The notes below the pieces were generated by a model. That model saw only the letters and a program-made list of their open reading frames with translations, did no database searches and was not told the DNA's origin. A stretch of DNA of 64,000 nt from positions 69,964 to 133,963 of the forward strand of contig JAPHQU010000002.1 of assembly GCA_026195275.1 (NCBI GenBank), read 5' to 3'. The DNA comes from Minisyncoccota bacterium (GTDB taxonomy: Bacteria > Patescibacteriota > Minisyncoccia > Phycocordibacterales > JABMNX01). Shown piece by piece: positions 30,038-40,616 of the stretch (position 1 is the first letter of the stretch; each line of letters begins with the position of its first letter). The position numbers were made by a program, and so were the translations under genes.

Positions 30038-31768
30038 ATGCCATCACCAGTAGAACAGATCAAAGAAAGACTCGGTATTGTTGATGTTGTATCAGTGTAT
30101 GTAAAGTTGCAGAAGGCGGGCAAGAATTACAAAGGTCTCTCTCCCTTCAGCAACGAGAAAACTCCATCTTTCTACGTCTCGCCCGAGCGAGACATGTACT
30201 ACTGCTTTTCGACAAATCAAGGAGGCGACGTGTTCACTTTTGTGGAGAAGATGGAGGGTGTGGATTTTGCCGGAGCGCTCAAGATCCTTGCTGAGCGTGC
30301 CGGAGTCGAGTTGGTTCACGAGAGCAAAGAAGTGCGCGATAAACGCACACGACTCTACGATATCCTTGAGAAAGCGAGTGCGTTTTACACACACACGCTG
30401 AAGCGAAGTGACGCCGCGTCCGCCTATGTAGCCTCGCGTGGCATTAGCGACAAATCAATTGCTCACTTCGGGATAGGTTTTGCGCAAAATGAGTGGCGTA
30501 CGCTCTACGATCATCTTAAGCAAAGCGGCTACAGCGAAGACGACCTTATTGCTGCGGGGCTACTCAAGCGCGCGGAGGCAACAGACGGCACGCGGTATTA
30601 CGATACGTTTCGCGGCAGAATCATGTTTCCGATTCGCGATAGTGCAGGACGCACCATTGGATTCTCGGGGAGAATCCTTCCTGAGTATGATGACGGGAAG
30701 ACAGGGAAGTATATTAACAGTCCGGAGACCGAGTTGTTCAATAAATCAAAAGCGCTCTTCGGGTATGATCTTGCGAAGGGGGGGATTAAGAAGTTCAACT
30801 TCTCAGTTCTTGTTGAAGGGCAGATGGATGTTGTCTTGTCACATCAGGCAGGATACACCAACACGGTTGCTGTCTCAGGGACTGCGCTCACCTCTGAACA
30901 ACTCACGCTTCTCGGACGCCTATCAAAGAACATTGTAATGGCCTTTGATGCCGATCGTGCGGGAGTGGCATCTGCAGGGCGCGGTGCAACCCTCGCGCTT
31001 GCGCGCGGCATGGACGTAAAGGTGGCGCGCCTACCCGAAGGGGTCGACCCGGCAGACGCGATCCTTAAGGATCCGGAGATGTGGAAAGTTGCCATCCGTG
31101 AGGCAACACACATCGTTGATTTTTATCTTACTCTTCTCCGCGAATCAAAAGGTGATAATGAACGGAAATTCAGACTAGCCGTCCATGAAACAGTGTTGCC
31201 GTTTGTCGCGCAGATCCACAACAAGATAGACCAGACCTACTTTCTGCAGAAGGTTGCACGAGAACTCGGAGTCTCAGAAGAGATTGTTCGTGAGGAAATG
31301 GCTCGTTCTCTCAACGACGCAACAGGACTGCCGGCGACCACACAAGATCAAGAGACAAAGACAGAAACTCCGCGACGAGAAACCGCTGAAGAGAAGCTCT
31401 TGCAGATTATTATGTGGCAGGAGTCGCTTGCTGAGCCGCAGATTGATCTTGCGGGACTGAAGGAGAAATTTCAGGAGGTTGTCGGTGAAGATCGGTTCAA
31501 AGAGTTAAAGAGTGCCACTGAGGCGACGAGGCAGCAACAAATATTCAAAACAGAACTTCTCTACGACGACTCACATCAACTAAAGGAAGACATAGAAGAA
31601 TTACTACATCATCTGACCTACCGCACCACGAAGCGTGAGCTTGAGGAGACCACAAGGGAACTCCGGGAGGCAGAGTCATCGGGAGACGTTGAAGCATCAT
31701 CTCGCCTATTAGAGAAGATTCAAGAGATCGCCAATAAGTTGAAATCTTTCATTGGCAAAAAATATTAA
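30038..31768 (+). CDS. dnaG: DNA primase
   Basis: PFSNEKTPSF, FRGRIMFPI, KYINSPET, VEGQMD, FDADRAG. Confidence 0.96.
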   Translation: MPSPVEQIKERLGIVDVVSVYVKLQKAGKNYKGLSPFSNEKTPSFYVSPERDMYYCFSTNQGGDVFTFVEKMEGVDFAGALKILAERAGVELVHESKEVRDKRTRLYDILEKASAFYTHTLKRSDAASAYVASRGISDKSIAHFGIGFAQNEWRTLYDHLKQSGYSEDDLIAAGLLKRAEATDGTRYYDTFRGRIMFPIRDSAGRTIGFSGRILPEYDDGKTGKYINSPETELFNKSKALFGYDLAKGGIKKFNFSVLVEGQMDVVLSHQAGYTNTVAVSGTALTSEQLTLLGRLSKNIVMAFDADRAGVASAGRGATLALARGMDVKVARLPEGVDPADAILKDPEMWKVAIREATHIVDFYLTLLRESKGDNERKFRLAVHETVLPFVAQIHNKIDQTYFLQKVARELGVSEEIVREEMARSLNDATGLPATTQDQETKTETPRRETAEEKLLQIIMWQESLAEPQIDLAGLKEKFQEVVGEDRFKELKSATEATRQQQIFKTELLYDDSHQLKEDIEELLHHLTYRTTKRELEETTRELREAESSGDVEASSRLLEKIQEIANKLKSFIGKKY

Positions 31769-31789
31769 AGGTGTAATATATATAAAAAT

Positions 31790-33088
31790 ATGGCTACAAA
31801 AAAGAAAGCAGTAAAAAAAGCCCCAAAGAAAACTGCAAAAAAAGCGGTCAAGAAAACACCGAAAAAGAAAATTACACCAAAAAAAGCGGTGAAGAAAGTA
31901 TCCAAAAAAGCAGCAAAAAAGAAGGCGGCTAAGGTGGCACCAAAGAGAAAAGCAACTCCCAAGAAAACGGTAAAGAAAGCAGCGAAGAAGACCACTCGTC
32001 GAACAAAGAAATCAGCAGCAGACATGGAGAAGAAAGCAGAATTGCTCCTCATGCGCGGTCGTGAGCGTGGTTATGTGACGTACGACCAGATCCTTAGGGA
32101 GTTTCCGAAGATCGAAGAAGATGTGCTATTTCTCGAGGAGATGTATGAACGCTTTGCGACCGCAAGCATTGACGTGCTTGAAGGTGGCGGACTTCTTGAG
32201 GCGGGTGTCGAGGATGATGTTTTGGATAAGAAGAATATCTACCGCCGTAGCGATTCATCCTACGACTCAATTCAGATGTATTTACGCGAGATCGGTCAAT
32301 ACCCGCTCCTTACCGCAGAAGAAGAGCGCACGCTCGCAAAGCGTATCACCGAGGGAGATGAGGAGGCAATCAACCTGCTTGCGCGCGCGAACCTACGCCT
32401 TGTGGTCTCAATCGCAAAGAAGTATGTTGGCCGAAGTCCGGACCTCACACTGCTCGACCTTATCCAGGAAGGCAACCTTGGCCTACGTCGTGCAGTTGAT
32501 AAGTTTGATTATACAAAAGGCTACAAGTTCTCAACGTACGCAACGTGGTGGATCCGTCAGGCGATCACACGCGCACTCGCCGACCAGTCGCGCACCATTC
32601 GTATTCCGGTGCATATGGTAGAGACCATTGCCAAATATAAGCAGAAGGTACGCCAGTTGAGTCAGGACCTCGGGCGTGACCCGCTTCCTGAGGAAGTGGC
32701 GGCGGAGATGGGGCTCGATGTTGAGAAGATTCATAATATCGAGAAGATCAACCAGGATACTGTCTCACTCGAGAGTCCGGTTGGGGATGAAGGGGATGAC
32801 AAGTCAACACTTGGTGATTTCATTGCTGACGATAAGATCCTCTCTCCTGATAAGGTTGCCTCACAGCGTATCTTGGCTGATCAGATGCGCGAGGTGCTCG
32901 ATGAACTCTCACCAAAGGAGCGTAAGATCCTTGAGATGCGTCATGGGCTTGAAGACGGTATTTACAATACACTTGAAGAGGTGGGGAAGGAGTTCGGGGT
33001 TACCCGCGAACGTATCCGTCAGATCGAGGCAAAAGCACTCGAGAAGATCCGCACCCACGAGCGCGCCAACCAGCTAAAGAATTACTAA
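31790..33088 (+). CDS. rpoD: Primary sigma70 factor with Lys/Ala-rich N-terminal extension
   Basis: [47 protein letters not shown]; follows dnaG. Confidence 0.95.
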   Translation: MATKKKAVKKAPKKTAKKAVKKTPKKKITPKKAVKKVSKKAAKKKAAKVAPKRKATPKKTVKKAAKKTTRRTKKSAADMEKKAELLLMRGRERGYVTYDQILREFPKIEEDVLFLEEMYERFATASIDVLEGGGLLEAGVEDDVLDKKNIYRRSDSSYDSIQMYLREIGQYPLLTAEEERTLAKRITEGDEEAINLLARANLRLVVSIAKKYVGRSPDLTLLDLIQEGNLGLRRAVDKFDYTKGYKFSTYATWWIRQAITRALADQSRTIRIPVHMVETIAKYKQKVRQLSQDLGRDPLPEEVAAEMGLDVEKIHNIEKINQDTVSLESPVGDEGDDKSTLGDFIADDKILSPDKVASQRILADQMREVLDELSPKERKILEMRHGLEDGIYNTLEEVGKEFGVTRERIRQIEAKALEKIRTHERANQLKNY

Positions 33089-33224
33089 CGCAGTCAGACT
33101 CGTTAGTCTGCGTGATTAAAACACCGGGTTGCGTCTTGGTGTTTTTATGACTCGGTAAAGTCGATATATCGGCATACTGTAGTGGTGCAGGCGGTCCAGT
33201 GGGTGCATGATATAATGACCGTTA

Positions 33225-36215
33225 ATGAGCGACGCGCCGACATTTAATACTCTCTATAAAAAGCTCAACGCTGAGCAGAAAAAGGCGGTCGATGCCATTG
33301 AAGGACCTGTCATGGTTGTTGCGGGACCGGGGACGGGGAAGACACAAATCCTTACACTGCGCATTGCAAACATCCTTAAGCAGACCGACGCAGATCCATC
33401 ATCAATACTCGCGCTCACGTTTACGGAAGCGGGTGTTGCCGCGATGCGCAAACGCCTCGTCTCGATGATCGGGGCAGATGGTTATCGGGTTGGTATCCAC
33501 ACTTTCCACGGATTCTGTAACGCGATGATCGGCCGGTATCCGGACGATTTTCCGCGCTTGGTAAGCTCGCAGGCAATCACTGATATCGATAAAATACTCC
33601 TCCTTCATGAGATTCTTGAGTCGACCGAAGGACTCAAGGAGATTCGCCCGTTTTATGACCCAGTGGCGTATACGCGAGACATCGTCGGTGCCATAAGCAC
33701 ACTTAAGCGCGAATACCTCACACCGGAAGAGTTCAAAGATCGGGTCGAGGAAGAGGAGAAGGTGTTTTGGGCACAAGATGATCTCTACAACGAGAAGGGA
33801 ACATACAAAGGCAAAATGAAGACGATGCACCAGCGTGCCCAGAAGCGTATAGAGCGCAACAAAGAACTCGCTCGGGTCTTTGAGACATACGAGGCAGCGC
33901 TTCGTGAGCGAAAACTCTACGACTATGAGGACATGATCTCAGTTGTGGTGCGTCGTCTTGAGGAAAATCGCGATGTATTGCAGCGACTCCAGGAGGAGTT
34001 TCACTATCTGCTTGCCGATGAGCACCAAGACGCGAACGATGCGCAGAACCGATTGTTGGAGCTTCTTGCGGATTTTCATGACAACCCCAACCTCTTCATT
34101 GTGGGCGACGAGAAGCAAGCAATCTTTCGTTTTCAAGGTGCGTCGCTTGAGAATTTCCTCTACTTCAAGAAGAAATACCCGGAAGCGCTTTTGGTGGAGC
34201 TTAAAGACTCGTATCGCTCCGGACAAGTCATTCTTGACGCATCGCACTCACTTATGGAAGGAACTCCCGGGCAAGAAGCGCGCACGCCGCTTGTCTCTTG
34301 TGCGGGAGTGATCGGTGCGACGGTCGAATTGCGGGTATTCTCTGCGGATCAATATGAAGCTGCGTGGGTAGCGCGTGAAGCAGCCCGGCTTGTCGGTGAG
34401 GGGGTTCCTGCGGAGGAGATAGCGATACTTTATCGTACCAACGCTGACGCCGCAGTGTTTGCGCAAGCACTTGAGCGCGAAGCAGTGCCGCATACAGTCG
34501 AATCTAATCGCAATGTGCTAGATGACCCGGCAATCGCGCAATTTGTGATGCTGCTTCGCGCCACTGCACACTACGGGAGCGACGAGTATCTCGCGCGCGT
34601 CCTCCATGCACGCTTCTTAGGGTTTGCGCCGATCGATGTATATCGCGCTCTTAAGTACGCAAGCCGTGAACGCATGCTGCTTCATGACCTCCTTTTGAAT
34701 GAGGAGAAACTCAAAGATGCCAAGGTTGCAGACCCGAAGAAGATGAGTGTTTTTGCAAAGCGGCTCGCAAAGTGGGCTGAGGCGGGGAGTAACGATCCGG
34801 TTCCGGATGTATTCAATCGTATTCTTGATGAGTCGGGTTTTCTTACTCATGCGCTCAACACTACACGTTCAGTCGAGATGATTGAGAAGCTCTCGGGGTT
34901 GGCGCGTAGCACCGAGATGCTCGCTTTAGGTGAGCGTAGTTACACTCTGGGGGATTTGGTGCGACATTTTGATCTGCTCGATGAGTATCGTATTTCAATA
35001 CAAAAAACAGGCGGAGCGCGTGCCGGGCACGGGGTGCGTCTCATGACCGCACATCGATCCAAAGGGCTTGAGTTCGAGCAAGTATTCCTTGTGGGTGCGT
35101 GGGACACACACTGGGGTAATAAGCGAAAGATGGACAAGTTTTCACTACCACTCCGTGGTGCCGATGATGAAGGCGATAACGATGACGAGCGTCGGCTTTT
35201 CTACGTTGCACTCACGCGGGCGAAGGCGCGAGTTGCGATCAGTTATGCATCAAGCGCACTGAGTGGTAGCGAGCGGCTCCCCTCAATATTTCTTGAAGAG
35301 ATGGACGAGAAGGCGGTTGTAAGTGAGAGTATCCGAGAGTTTGAAGAGGCACTCCCTCCGGAGACGTTTCTTGTCGCATCACCCGAGCAAGACGGGTTCT
35401 CGATTGCTGATGGCGAGTACCTTCGCGAGCTTTTCATCGAACAAGGTCTCTCCGTTACTGCGCTCAATAACTATCTCGCGTGCCCATGGCGGTATTTCTA
35501 CAGTAACCTTATCCGCATACCGAAGATACCGACAAAAGACATGATCTTAGGAACGGTGGTACACCAAGCGCTTCGCGCGTTCTTTGATGCGCTCGGAAAA
35601 GGGAAAGTAAAAAAGGATGTTCTTTTGCAAACGTTCCGTGATGCGTTGCTGCATACCACACTCTCAGGGCGTACCTATGATGATGTACTTAAAAAAGGGG
35701 AAGAAGCGCTTTCCGGTTGGTTTGACGCGCATGATTCATGGAGCAAAGAGACGCTCAACGAGTACCGCATCGAGACCACGCTTCCTCTGTCGATTGAGGG
35801 TCTCTCTGAGCTTCGTCTGCGAGGTGATATCGATAAAATGGAGATCTGTGATGATGGTGTGCGAGTTATTGACTACAAGACCGGCAAGCCAAAGTCGCGC
35901 AACGAGATGATGGGGAAGACCAAGGCGCGCGGTGCGGGAGACTACTTCAGGCAACTGGTTTTCTACAGGCTTCTGCTTGATCTTGAAGGCAGGTACACCA
36001 TGAAGGACGGCGCAATCGACTTCATCCAACCGAAGCCGAATGGTACATACACAAGCGAGGTCTTTTCTGTTGAAGAGGATGACGTTGCGGTCCTTCGCGA
36101 TGAGATTGCGCGAGTCTCTCAGGAGATACTCACGCTCTCGTTTTGGGATACCCGCTGCGAAGCGCACAAGAAGGGGGAGTGCGAGTACTGTGCACTACGC
36201 GATCTTATGCAGTAG
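33225..36215 (+). CDS. UvrD/PcrA-family helicase fused to a PD-(D/E)xK nuclease
   Basis: AGPGTGKT, DEHQD, VGDEKQAIF, HRSKGLEF, ERRLFYVALTRAK; C-terminal GDIDK...IDYKTG with Cys residues. Confidence 0.9.
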   Translation: MSDAPTFNTLYKKLNAEQKKAVDAIEGPVMVVAGPGTGKTQILTLRIANILKQTDADPSSILALTFTEAGVAAMRKRLVSMIGADGYRVGIHTFHGFCNAMIGRYPDDFPRLVSSQAITDIDKILLLHEILESTEGLKEIRPFYDPVAYTRDIVGAISTLKREYLTPEEFKDRVEEEEKVFWAQDDLYNEKGTYKGKMKTMHQRAQKRIERNKELARVFETYEAALRERKLYDYEDMISVVVRRLEENRDVLQRLQEEFHYLLADEHQDANDAQNRLLELLADFHDNPNLFIVGDEKQAIFRFQGASLENFLYFKKKYPEALLVELKDSYRSGQVILDASHSLMEGTPGQEARTPLVSCAGVIGATVELRVFSADQYEAAWVAREAARLVGEGVPAEEIAILYRTNADAAVFAQALEREAVPHTVESNRNVLDDPAIAQFVMLLRATAHYGSDEYLARVLHARFLGFAPIDVYRALKYASRERMLLHDLLLNEEKLKDAKVADPKKMSVFAKRLAKWAEAGSNDPVPDVFNRILDESGFLTHALNTTRSVEMIEKLSGLARSTEMLALGERSYTLGDLVRHFDLLDEYRISIQKTGGARAGHGVRLMTAHRSKGLEFEQVFLVGAWDTHWGNKRKMDKFSLPLRGADDEGDNDDERRLFYVALTRAKARVAISYASSALSGSERLPSIFLEEMDEKAVVSESIREFEEALPPETFLVASPEQDGFSIADGEYLRELFIEQGLSVTALNNYLACPWRYFYSNLIRIPKIPTKDMILGTVVHQALRAFFDALGKGKVKKDVLLQTFRDALLHTTLSGRTYDDVLKKGEEALSGWFDAHDSWSKETLNEYRIETTLPLSIEGLSELRLRGDIDKMEICDDGVRVIDYKTGKPKSRNEMMGKTKARGAGDYFRQLVFYRLLLDLEGRYTMKDGAIDFIQPKPNGTYTSEVFSVEEDDVAVLRDEIARVSQEILTLSFWDTRCEAHKKGECEYCALRDLMQ

Positions 36216-36287
36216 TTTGTCTCTGAGACATACACAAAAAACGCCAGGATGACCCTGGCGTTTTTTTGTGGCTCTCTGGAGCCGTCT

Positions 36288-37010
36288 TTATTGGATAGGC
36301 ACTGCGGGTATACTCTGTGCCCCTGAGTCATCGAGGAGAGTCTCGATGACGCGGCGCATGACTTCGATTGGCTGCGCTCCTTCAATCGGCGCTTGTTGAT
36401 CGCCAACAATGACCACATTGTGTGGGGTACCACGACCGCCGGCAGCAACCACCTCTTCATACTGTCTCTGGACCTTTTCGCGGTACCGACCACTCTCAAG
36501 ACATTCATTGAATGCACCTTCATCAAGCCCTACTGATGTGGCAATCTCGGGGAGTTTGGTGAGATCAAATTGGTTATTTCCGGGGGTCGTACGGTAGAGC
36601 TCATCCGCGAAGTCCCAGAACGCTTGGTTGCCGCCGAGTTCTGCCGCACACTCAGACGCTTCTGCCTGTGTGACCGCCTTAGGGTGGCGAGAGACGATCG
36701 GGAAGTGTCGATAGACCCAGGCGACCTCTCCGCCAGTACCGTATTCGTTCATGATTGCGTGCATGGTTGAGTGAAAATTCTTACAAAACGGACACTCAAA
36801 ATCAGAATATTCAACAATCACCACTTTCGCATCCGGGTTGCCTAAGATGTGGTCGTCGGCCGAGACAGCAGGGACGGCAACCGTCCCTCGTTCTGTGTCG
36901 CCGGTTGATGTGTCGCTCGGCTGGTTTACCATGTAGAGCGCTCCGGCTATGATAAGACCCGCGATTACTATTGCGGCGGGTATAGTATATTTCTTGTCCT
37001 CCATATTCAT
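36288..37010 (-). CDS. DsbA-family thiol-disulfide oxidoreductase
   Basis: N-terminal TM, EYSDFECPFC, YRHFP, GTP, GAQP. Confidence 0.92.
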   Translation of the reverse strand: MNMEDKKYTIPAAIVIAGLIIAGALYMVNQPSDTSTGDTERGTVAVPAVSADDHILGNPDAKVVIVEYSDFECPFCKNFHSTMHAIMNEYGTGGEVAWVYRHFPIVSRHPKAVTQAEASECAAELGGNQAFWDFADELYRTTPGNNQFDLTKLPEIATSVGLDEGAFNECLESGRYREKVQRQYEEVVAAGGRGTPHNVVIVGDQQAPIEGAQPIEVMRRVIETLLDDSGAQSIPAVPIQ

Positions 37011-37055
37011 ATGCTTAGTCTTATATTTACGGTATTATGTAGTGTATCATAACGT

Positions 37056-37853
37056 ATGGATTTTACCTCAGCAATTATCCTCGGCGCAGTACAAGGAATC
37101 ACGGAATTCCTTCCCATTTCTTCTTCGGGGCACCTTATTCTCGCGAGAGAGGCGCTCGGGCTTGAGACATTTTATGGTCTCTCCATAGACGCGGTGCTCC
37201 AATTAGCTACCTCGCTGGCCATTCTGCTTTACTTTTGGCGGGATTTCTGGAAGATGGCAGTATCCGGGTTCAATTGGTTGCGTGGTCGGGTTATTCCGAC
37301 AGAGGAGCGCATTCTTATCATTGCGCTCGTTGTTGGAACGATACCCGCAATCATCTTTGGGCTTTTGCTTGAGGGCATGATGGAGACAACCTTTCGGAGC
37401 GCTGAGCTTGTCGCGTGGACACTTATCCTCGGCGCCGTATTCTTTTTTGTAGCAGAACGACTCGCGAAACAGTCGCGTACACTCAATGTGAAGCGTGGGT
37501 TCTGGATTGGTATGTTCCAAGTGCTCGCACTCATTCCCGGCATGTCCCGTTCAGGCTCAACCATTGCGGGAGGACTCCTCCTTGGTCTTTCGCGCACAGA
37601 CGCTGCACACTTTGGCTTTATGCTTGGTTTTCCAATCATTTTCGGTTCTGGGATGAAAAAACTTCTTGAGTTGGGTGGAAATGGTGGAATCCTCTCAATC
37701 GGTTGGCCGCTTGCTGTCGGTGCAGCAACCGCATTTATTGTCGGTGTCCTTGCGATGCATCTGATGATGCGTTATCTCAAGAACCACACACTTGATGTGT
37801 TCGTAATATACCGCATAGCACTTGCGGTACTCGTATTGTATTTTGTTGCCTAA
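37056..37853 (+). CDS. uppP: Undecaprenyl-diphosphatase
   Basis: QGITEFLPISSSGH, PGMSRSGST, multiple TM helices. Confidence 0.96.
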   Translation: MDFTSAIILGAVQGITEFLPISSSGHLILAREALGLETFYGLSIDAVLQLATSLAILLYFWRDFWKMAVSGFNWLRGRVIPTEERILIIALVVGTIPAIIFGLLLEGMMETTFRSAELVAWTLILGAVFFFVAERLAKQSRTLNVKRGFWIGMFQVLALIPGMSRSGSTIAGGLLLGLSRTDAAHFGFMLGFPIIFGSGMKKLLELGGNGGILSIGWPLAVGAATAFIVGVLAMHLMMRYLKNHTLDVFVIYRIALAVLVLYFVA

Positions 37854-38431
37854 AACGGGAGTGAGTGCGTCATCGTTGCGCCCTTGTCTTCATCTCTCTC
37901 CCAGTCTGACGTGTCGAGTGCGATATTCTTTTTTTCTGAGAAATCCATATAACGGAGCTTGCCGTTCTTCATGGCATAGTCGTATACCTCTTTGGTAATC
38001 TTTACATCGTCGAGGCAATATTGGCGAATCTTGTCGATCTCACCCTGTTGCCACCAGCGGATCGCATCAAGCCCGTGTCCGCTCTTTTTCACGCCGAGTG
38101 TTGCTTCAGCGACAGAGTCGAGACGGAGACGTCTCCCGAGTGAGTTTTTTATCTCCTTGAGAAGGTCGAGGCTCTTAATACGCGTGAGATCACCGTGGTA
38201 ATACTTATTAAGCAGGGGGATATCAAAATGGTCTGAGTTGTAGCCAATAAGCATGTCGGTCTGCTCAAGGAGTGGCCAGAGTTGTGGCAACTCTTCTTGT
38301 AAGTATGAGTGGTATGCGTTGGTCTCATAGTCGTAGACACAGACCATAGAGATATCAAGAAGCGCCGGGTCCGCTTTCCCGACATCTTCGAATGTATTTT
38401 TAGTTTCAATATCAAATACAACTTTTCTCAT
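37850..38431 (-). CDS. DEDD-family 3'-5' exonuclease (RNase H-like, YprB-type)
   Basis: VFDIET, GYNSDHFD, YCLDDV. Confidence 0.85.
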   Translation of the reverse strand: MRKVVFDIETKNTFEDVGKADPALLDISMVCVYDYETNAYHSYLQEELPQLWPLLEQTDMLIGYNSDHFDIPLLNKYYHGDLTRIKSLDLLKEIKNSLGRRLRLDSVAEATLGVKKSGHGLDAIRWWQQGEIDKIRQYCLDDVKITKEVYDYAMKNGKLRYMDFSEKKNIALDTSDWERDEDKGATMTHSLPF

Positions 38432-38458
38432 TCCGGTAGCGTTATTGGTCTGCGGTGT

Positions 38459-39706
38459 TTAAATCTTTGAAAATATAAAATCGGCGACCGCATCCTTCTT
38501 GACCGTCTCTTGTTCGCCGCTTTCGAGGTGTTTAACCGCAACAGAGTCGCTTATGATTTCCTCTTCGCCAATCACGATGACAAAGGGGATTTCTTTCTTG
38601 TCTGCAACCTTGATCTGGTCACCAACTTTCTTTTGTGAAAGCGATACCTCGACATTGATGTCTTCTGCGCGAAGTTGAGCTGCAAATTTTTGAGCGAACT
38701 CCGCCGCTTCAGGTGAGAGGGTGCAGAGATACAAATCGGTGCGTGACGTGTATTCCGGAAGCAGTTCGTGCGTCTCAAGGAAGTCGCGGATGGTTATGTC
38801 ACCCATACCAAACCCGACCGCGGGTGTTTTCTCGACACCAAAGACCTCAAGGAGGTTGTCGTAGCGGCCACCACCAAAGAGTGAGCGGTTATTCTCCGGA
38901 GAGGCATCAAAGACCTCAAAGACAATACCGGTATAATACTGGAAACCACGCACCACGCTCGTGTTGACCGTGGCATTGGCGACACCGAGTGCAGCGAGTT
39001 TTTTAAGGAGTGATTCAAGATGCGGACTGCTGCTGGTCTGAGAGAGCGCTGTATCAAATGACTCCGCACGGTCGCCGAGGATTGCTGTGAGTTGTGTATT
39101 AAAGTCGTCTATCTTCTCTTTCTTATCAAGAAGGCGCATGACTTGCGATTGTTCTCCTTCACTGATGCTGTGTTGAGTAAAGAGGGAAGAGAGAATCTCG
39201 CGGTCGTTAATGCGGATCTCGAAATCACCCTCATCGGCACCAAAGGCCTTCATAAGATTGTGTGCAAGGAGGATAATCTCTGCCTCTGCATCTACTCCCT
39301 CGACCCCGAACAAATCGGCATTAAGCTGCCAATGTTCACGCATACGCCCACGTTGTGGTCGCTCGTAGCGGAAGACGTTTGGAATCGAATACCAGCGAAG
39401 CGGGAAGGGGAGCTCCTGGCGTTTGCCGGCCACCATGCGCGCTAGAGTCGGAGTCATCTCAGGGCGCAAGGTGACCTCGCGCTCTCCGCGGTCGGTGAAG
39501 GTGTAGGTTTGCTCTGAGACGATCTCCTCACTTGATTTGCTTCGGTAGAGATCTCCCGACTCAAGGATGGAAGCTCCATACTCCTGGTACCCAAAACTCT
39601 CAACCACACGGCTCATTGTGTCGAAGATGTATCGCTCGATAAACATGTCGCGCGGGTAAAAGTCGCGAACACCCTTATACGGTTCTGTTGGTAGGTTTCC
39701 CTTCAT
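38459..39706 (-). CDS. hisS: Histidine-tRNA ligase
   Basis: LRPEMT, FRYERPQRGR, VRGFQYYTG, GGGRYD, C-terminal anticodon-binding domain. Confidence 0.96.
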   Translation of the reverse strand: MKGNLPTEPYKGVRDFYPRDMFIERYIFDTMSRVVESFGYQEYGASILESGDLYRSKSSEEIVSEQTYTFTDRGEREVTLRPEMTPTLARMVAGKRQELPFPLRWYSIPNVFRYERPQRGRMREHWQLNADLFGVEGVDAEAEIILLAHNLMKAFGADEGDFEIRINDREILSSLFTQHSISEGEQSQVMRLLDKKEKIDDFNTQLTAILGDRAESFDTALSQTSSSPHLESLLKKLAALGVANATVNTSVVRGFQYYTGIVFEVFDASPENNRSLFGGGRYDNLLEVFGVEKTPAVGFGMGDITIRDFLETHELLPEYTSRTDLYLCTLSPEAAEFAQKFAAQLRAEDINVEVSLSQKKVGDQIKVADKKEIPFVIVIGEEEIISDSVAVKHLESGEQETVKKDAVADFIFSKI

Positions 39707-39766
39707 GAATACGCTCAATTGTAGCGAAAATCACACGAAAGATAAAGGGGAGCAGACCTCCGCTTG

Positions 39767-40303
39767 CTACACGACAGAGCCCCGTCCCTCTGTAGCTTGA
39801 TCAAGATTCTCCAGTATGATTCTCTTTGCATGCTCAGGACGCGAGACACCAAGCATGGCAAACTCCTTGACCTCTCCCGCTGTCTGCACGTGAATGTCTC
39901 CGAAGTTGAGTACGGTCGCGACGATGCCGGTCACCTCGGCAGTAACGTCTTGGATACGCTCTACACGAAGTGTCGATATCTCGCGGTTAAAGAGGCTCTT
40001 TTGTTCGATATTTATAATGCGACGGTCGGTAACGATCCATATATCGAGATAATACTCGGTCCAAACAGTGAACAACCACGCCCACATAATGAGGAGCCAC
40101 GTACTTATAAGAAACGTTGTGAGTGAGACGGAGAGTCTTCCTAAGATGAGATTGGTGGTGAGAGGAGACTGATTCACCAAGAGACCCCAGCCAATAAAGG
40201 GGAGAAGCGCGAGGATGATTACACCAAAAGCATCGCGTGCAAACAAGAACCAATGCTTCCGTGCCTTGACCTGTATACGTTCTCCTTCTTGTAGGTGGAT
40301 CAT
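39767..40303 (-). CDS. Membrane protein with bacterial PH (bPH_2-like) domain
   Basis: RKHW, two TM helices, IVTDRRII, IQDV, FGDIHVQTAG. Confidence 0.8.
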   Translation of the reverse strand: MIHLQEGERIQVKARKHWFLFARDAFGVIILALLPFIGWGLLVNQSPLTTNLILGRLSVSLTTFLISTWLLIMWAWLFTVWTEYYLDIWIVTDRRIINIEQKSLFNREISTLRVERIQDVTAEVTGIVATVLNFGDIHVQTAGEVKEFAMLGVSRPEHAKRIILENLDQATEGRGSVV

Positions 40304-40313
40304 GGTGAGATGG

Positions 40314-40544
40314 TTATGAGATAAGGCTGGCAAACGAGAGGAGCATAGTAAGGAGGATCGCCGCGCTCGCCCCCGCGTATACCACTGTCGCAATAAGGGA
40401 CACAAGGACATTCATGCCGAAGCGGAACCAGTGATACACAAGGAAGATGCTGTAGAAGAGGAACACAAGGATGACCCCGAGAAAGATATACCAGAGGATG
40501 TCTGTGTCGAGAGCGATGAGTGACAGAATAGGGAACTCGTTCAT
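40314..40544 (-). CDS. Small two-TM membrane protein
   Basis: Hydrophobic 76-aa ORF with LVYHW motif, co-directional with the PH gene and hisS. Confidence 0.7.
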   Translation of the reverse strand: MNEFPILSLIALDTDILWYIFLGVILVFLFYSIFLVYHWFRFGMNVLVSLIATVVYAGASAAILLTMLLSFASLIS

Positions 40545-40616
40545 TGATTCTATTTTTACATAAAAGCAGCGTGCACACCACAGGTCAGCTGTTATGTGTT
40601 ATACTCTGCCGTATCT

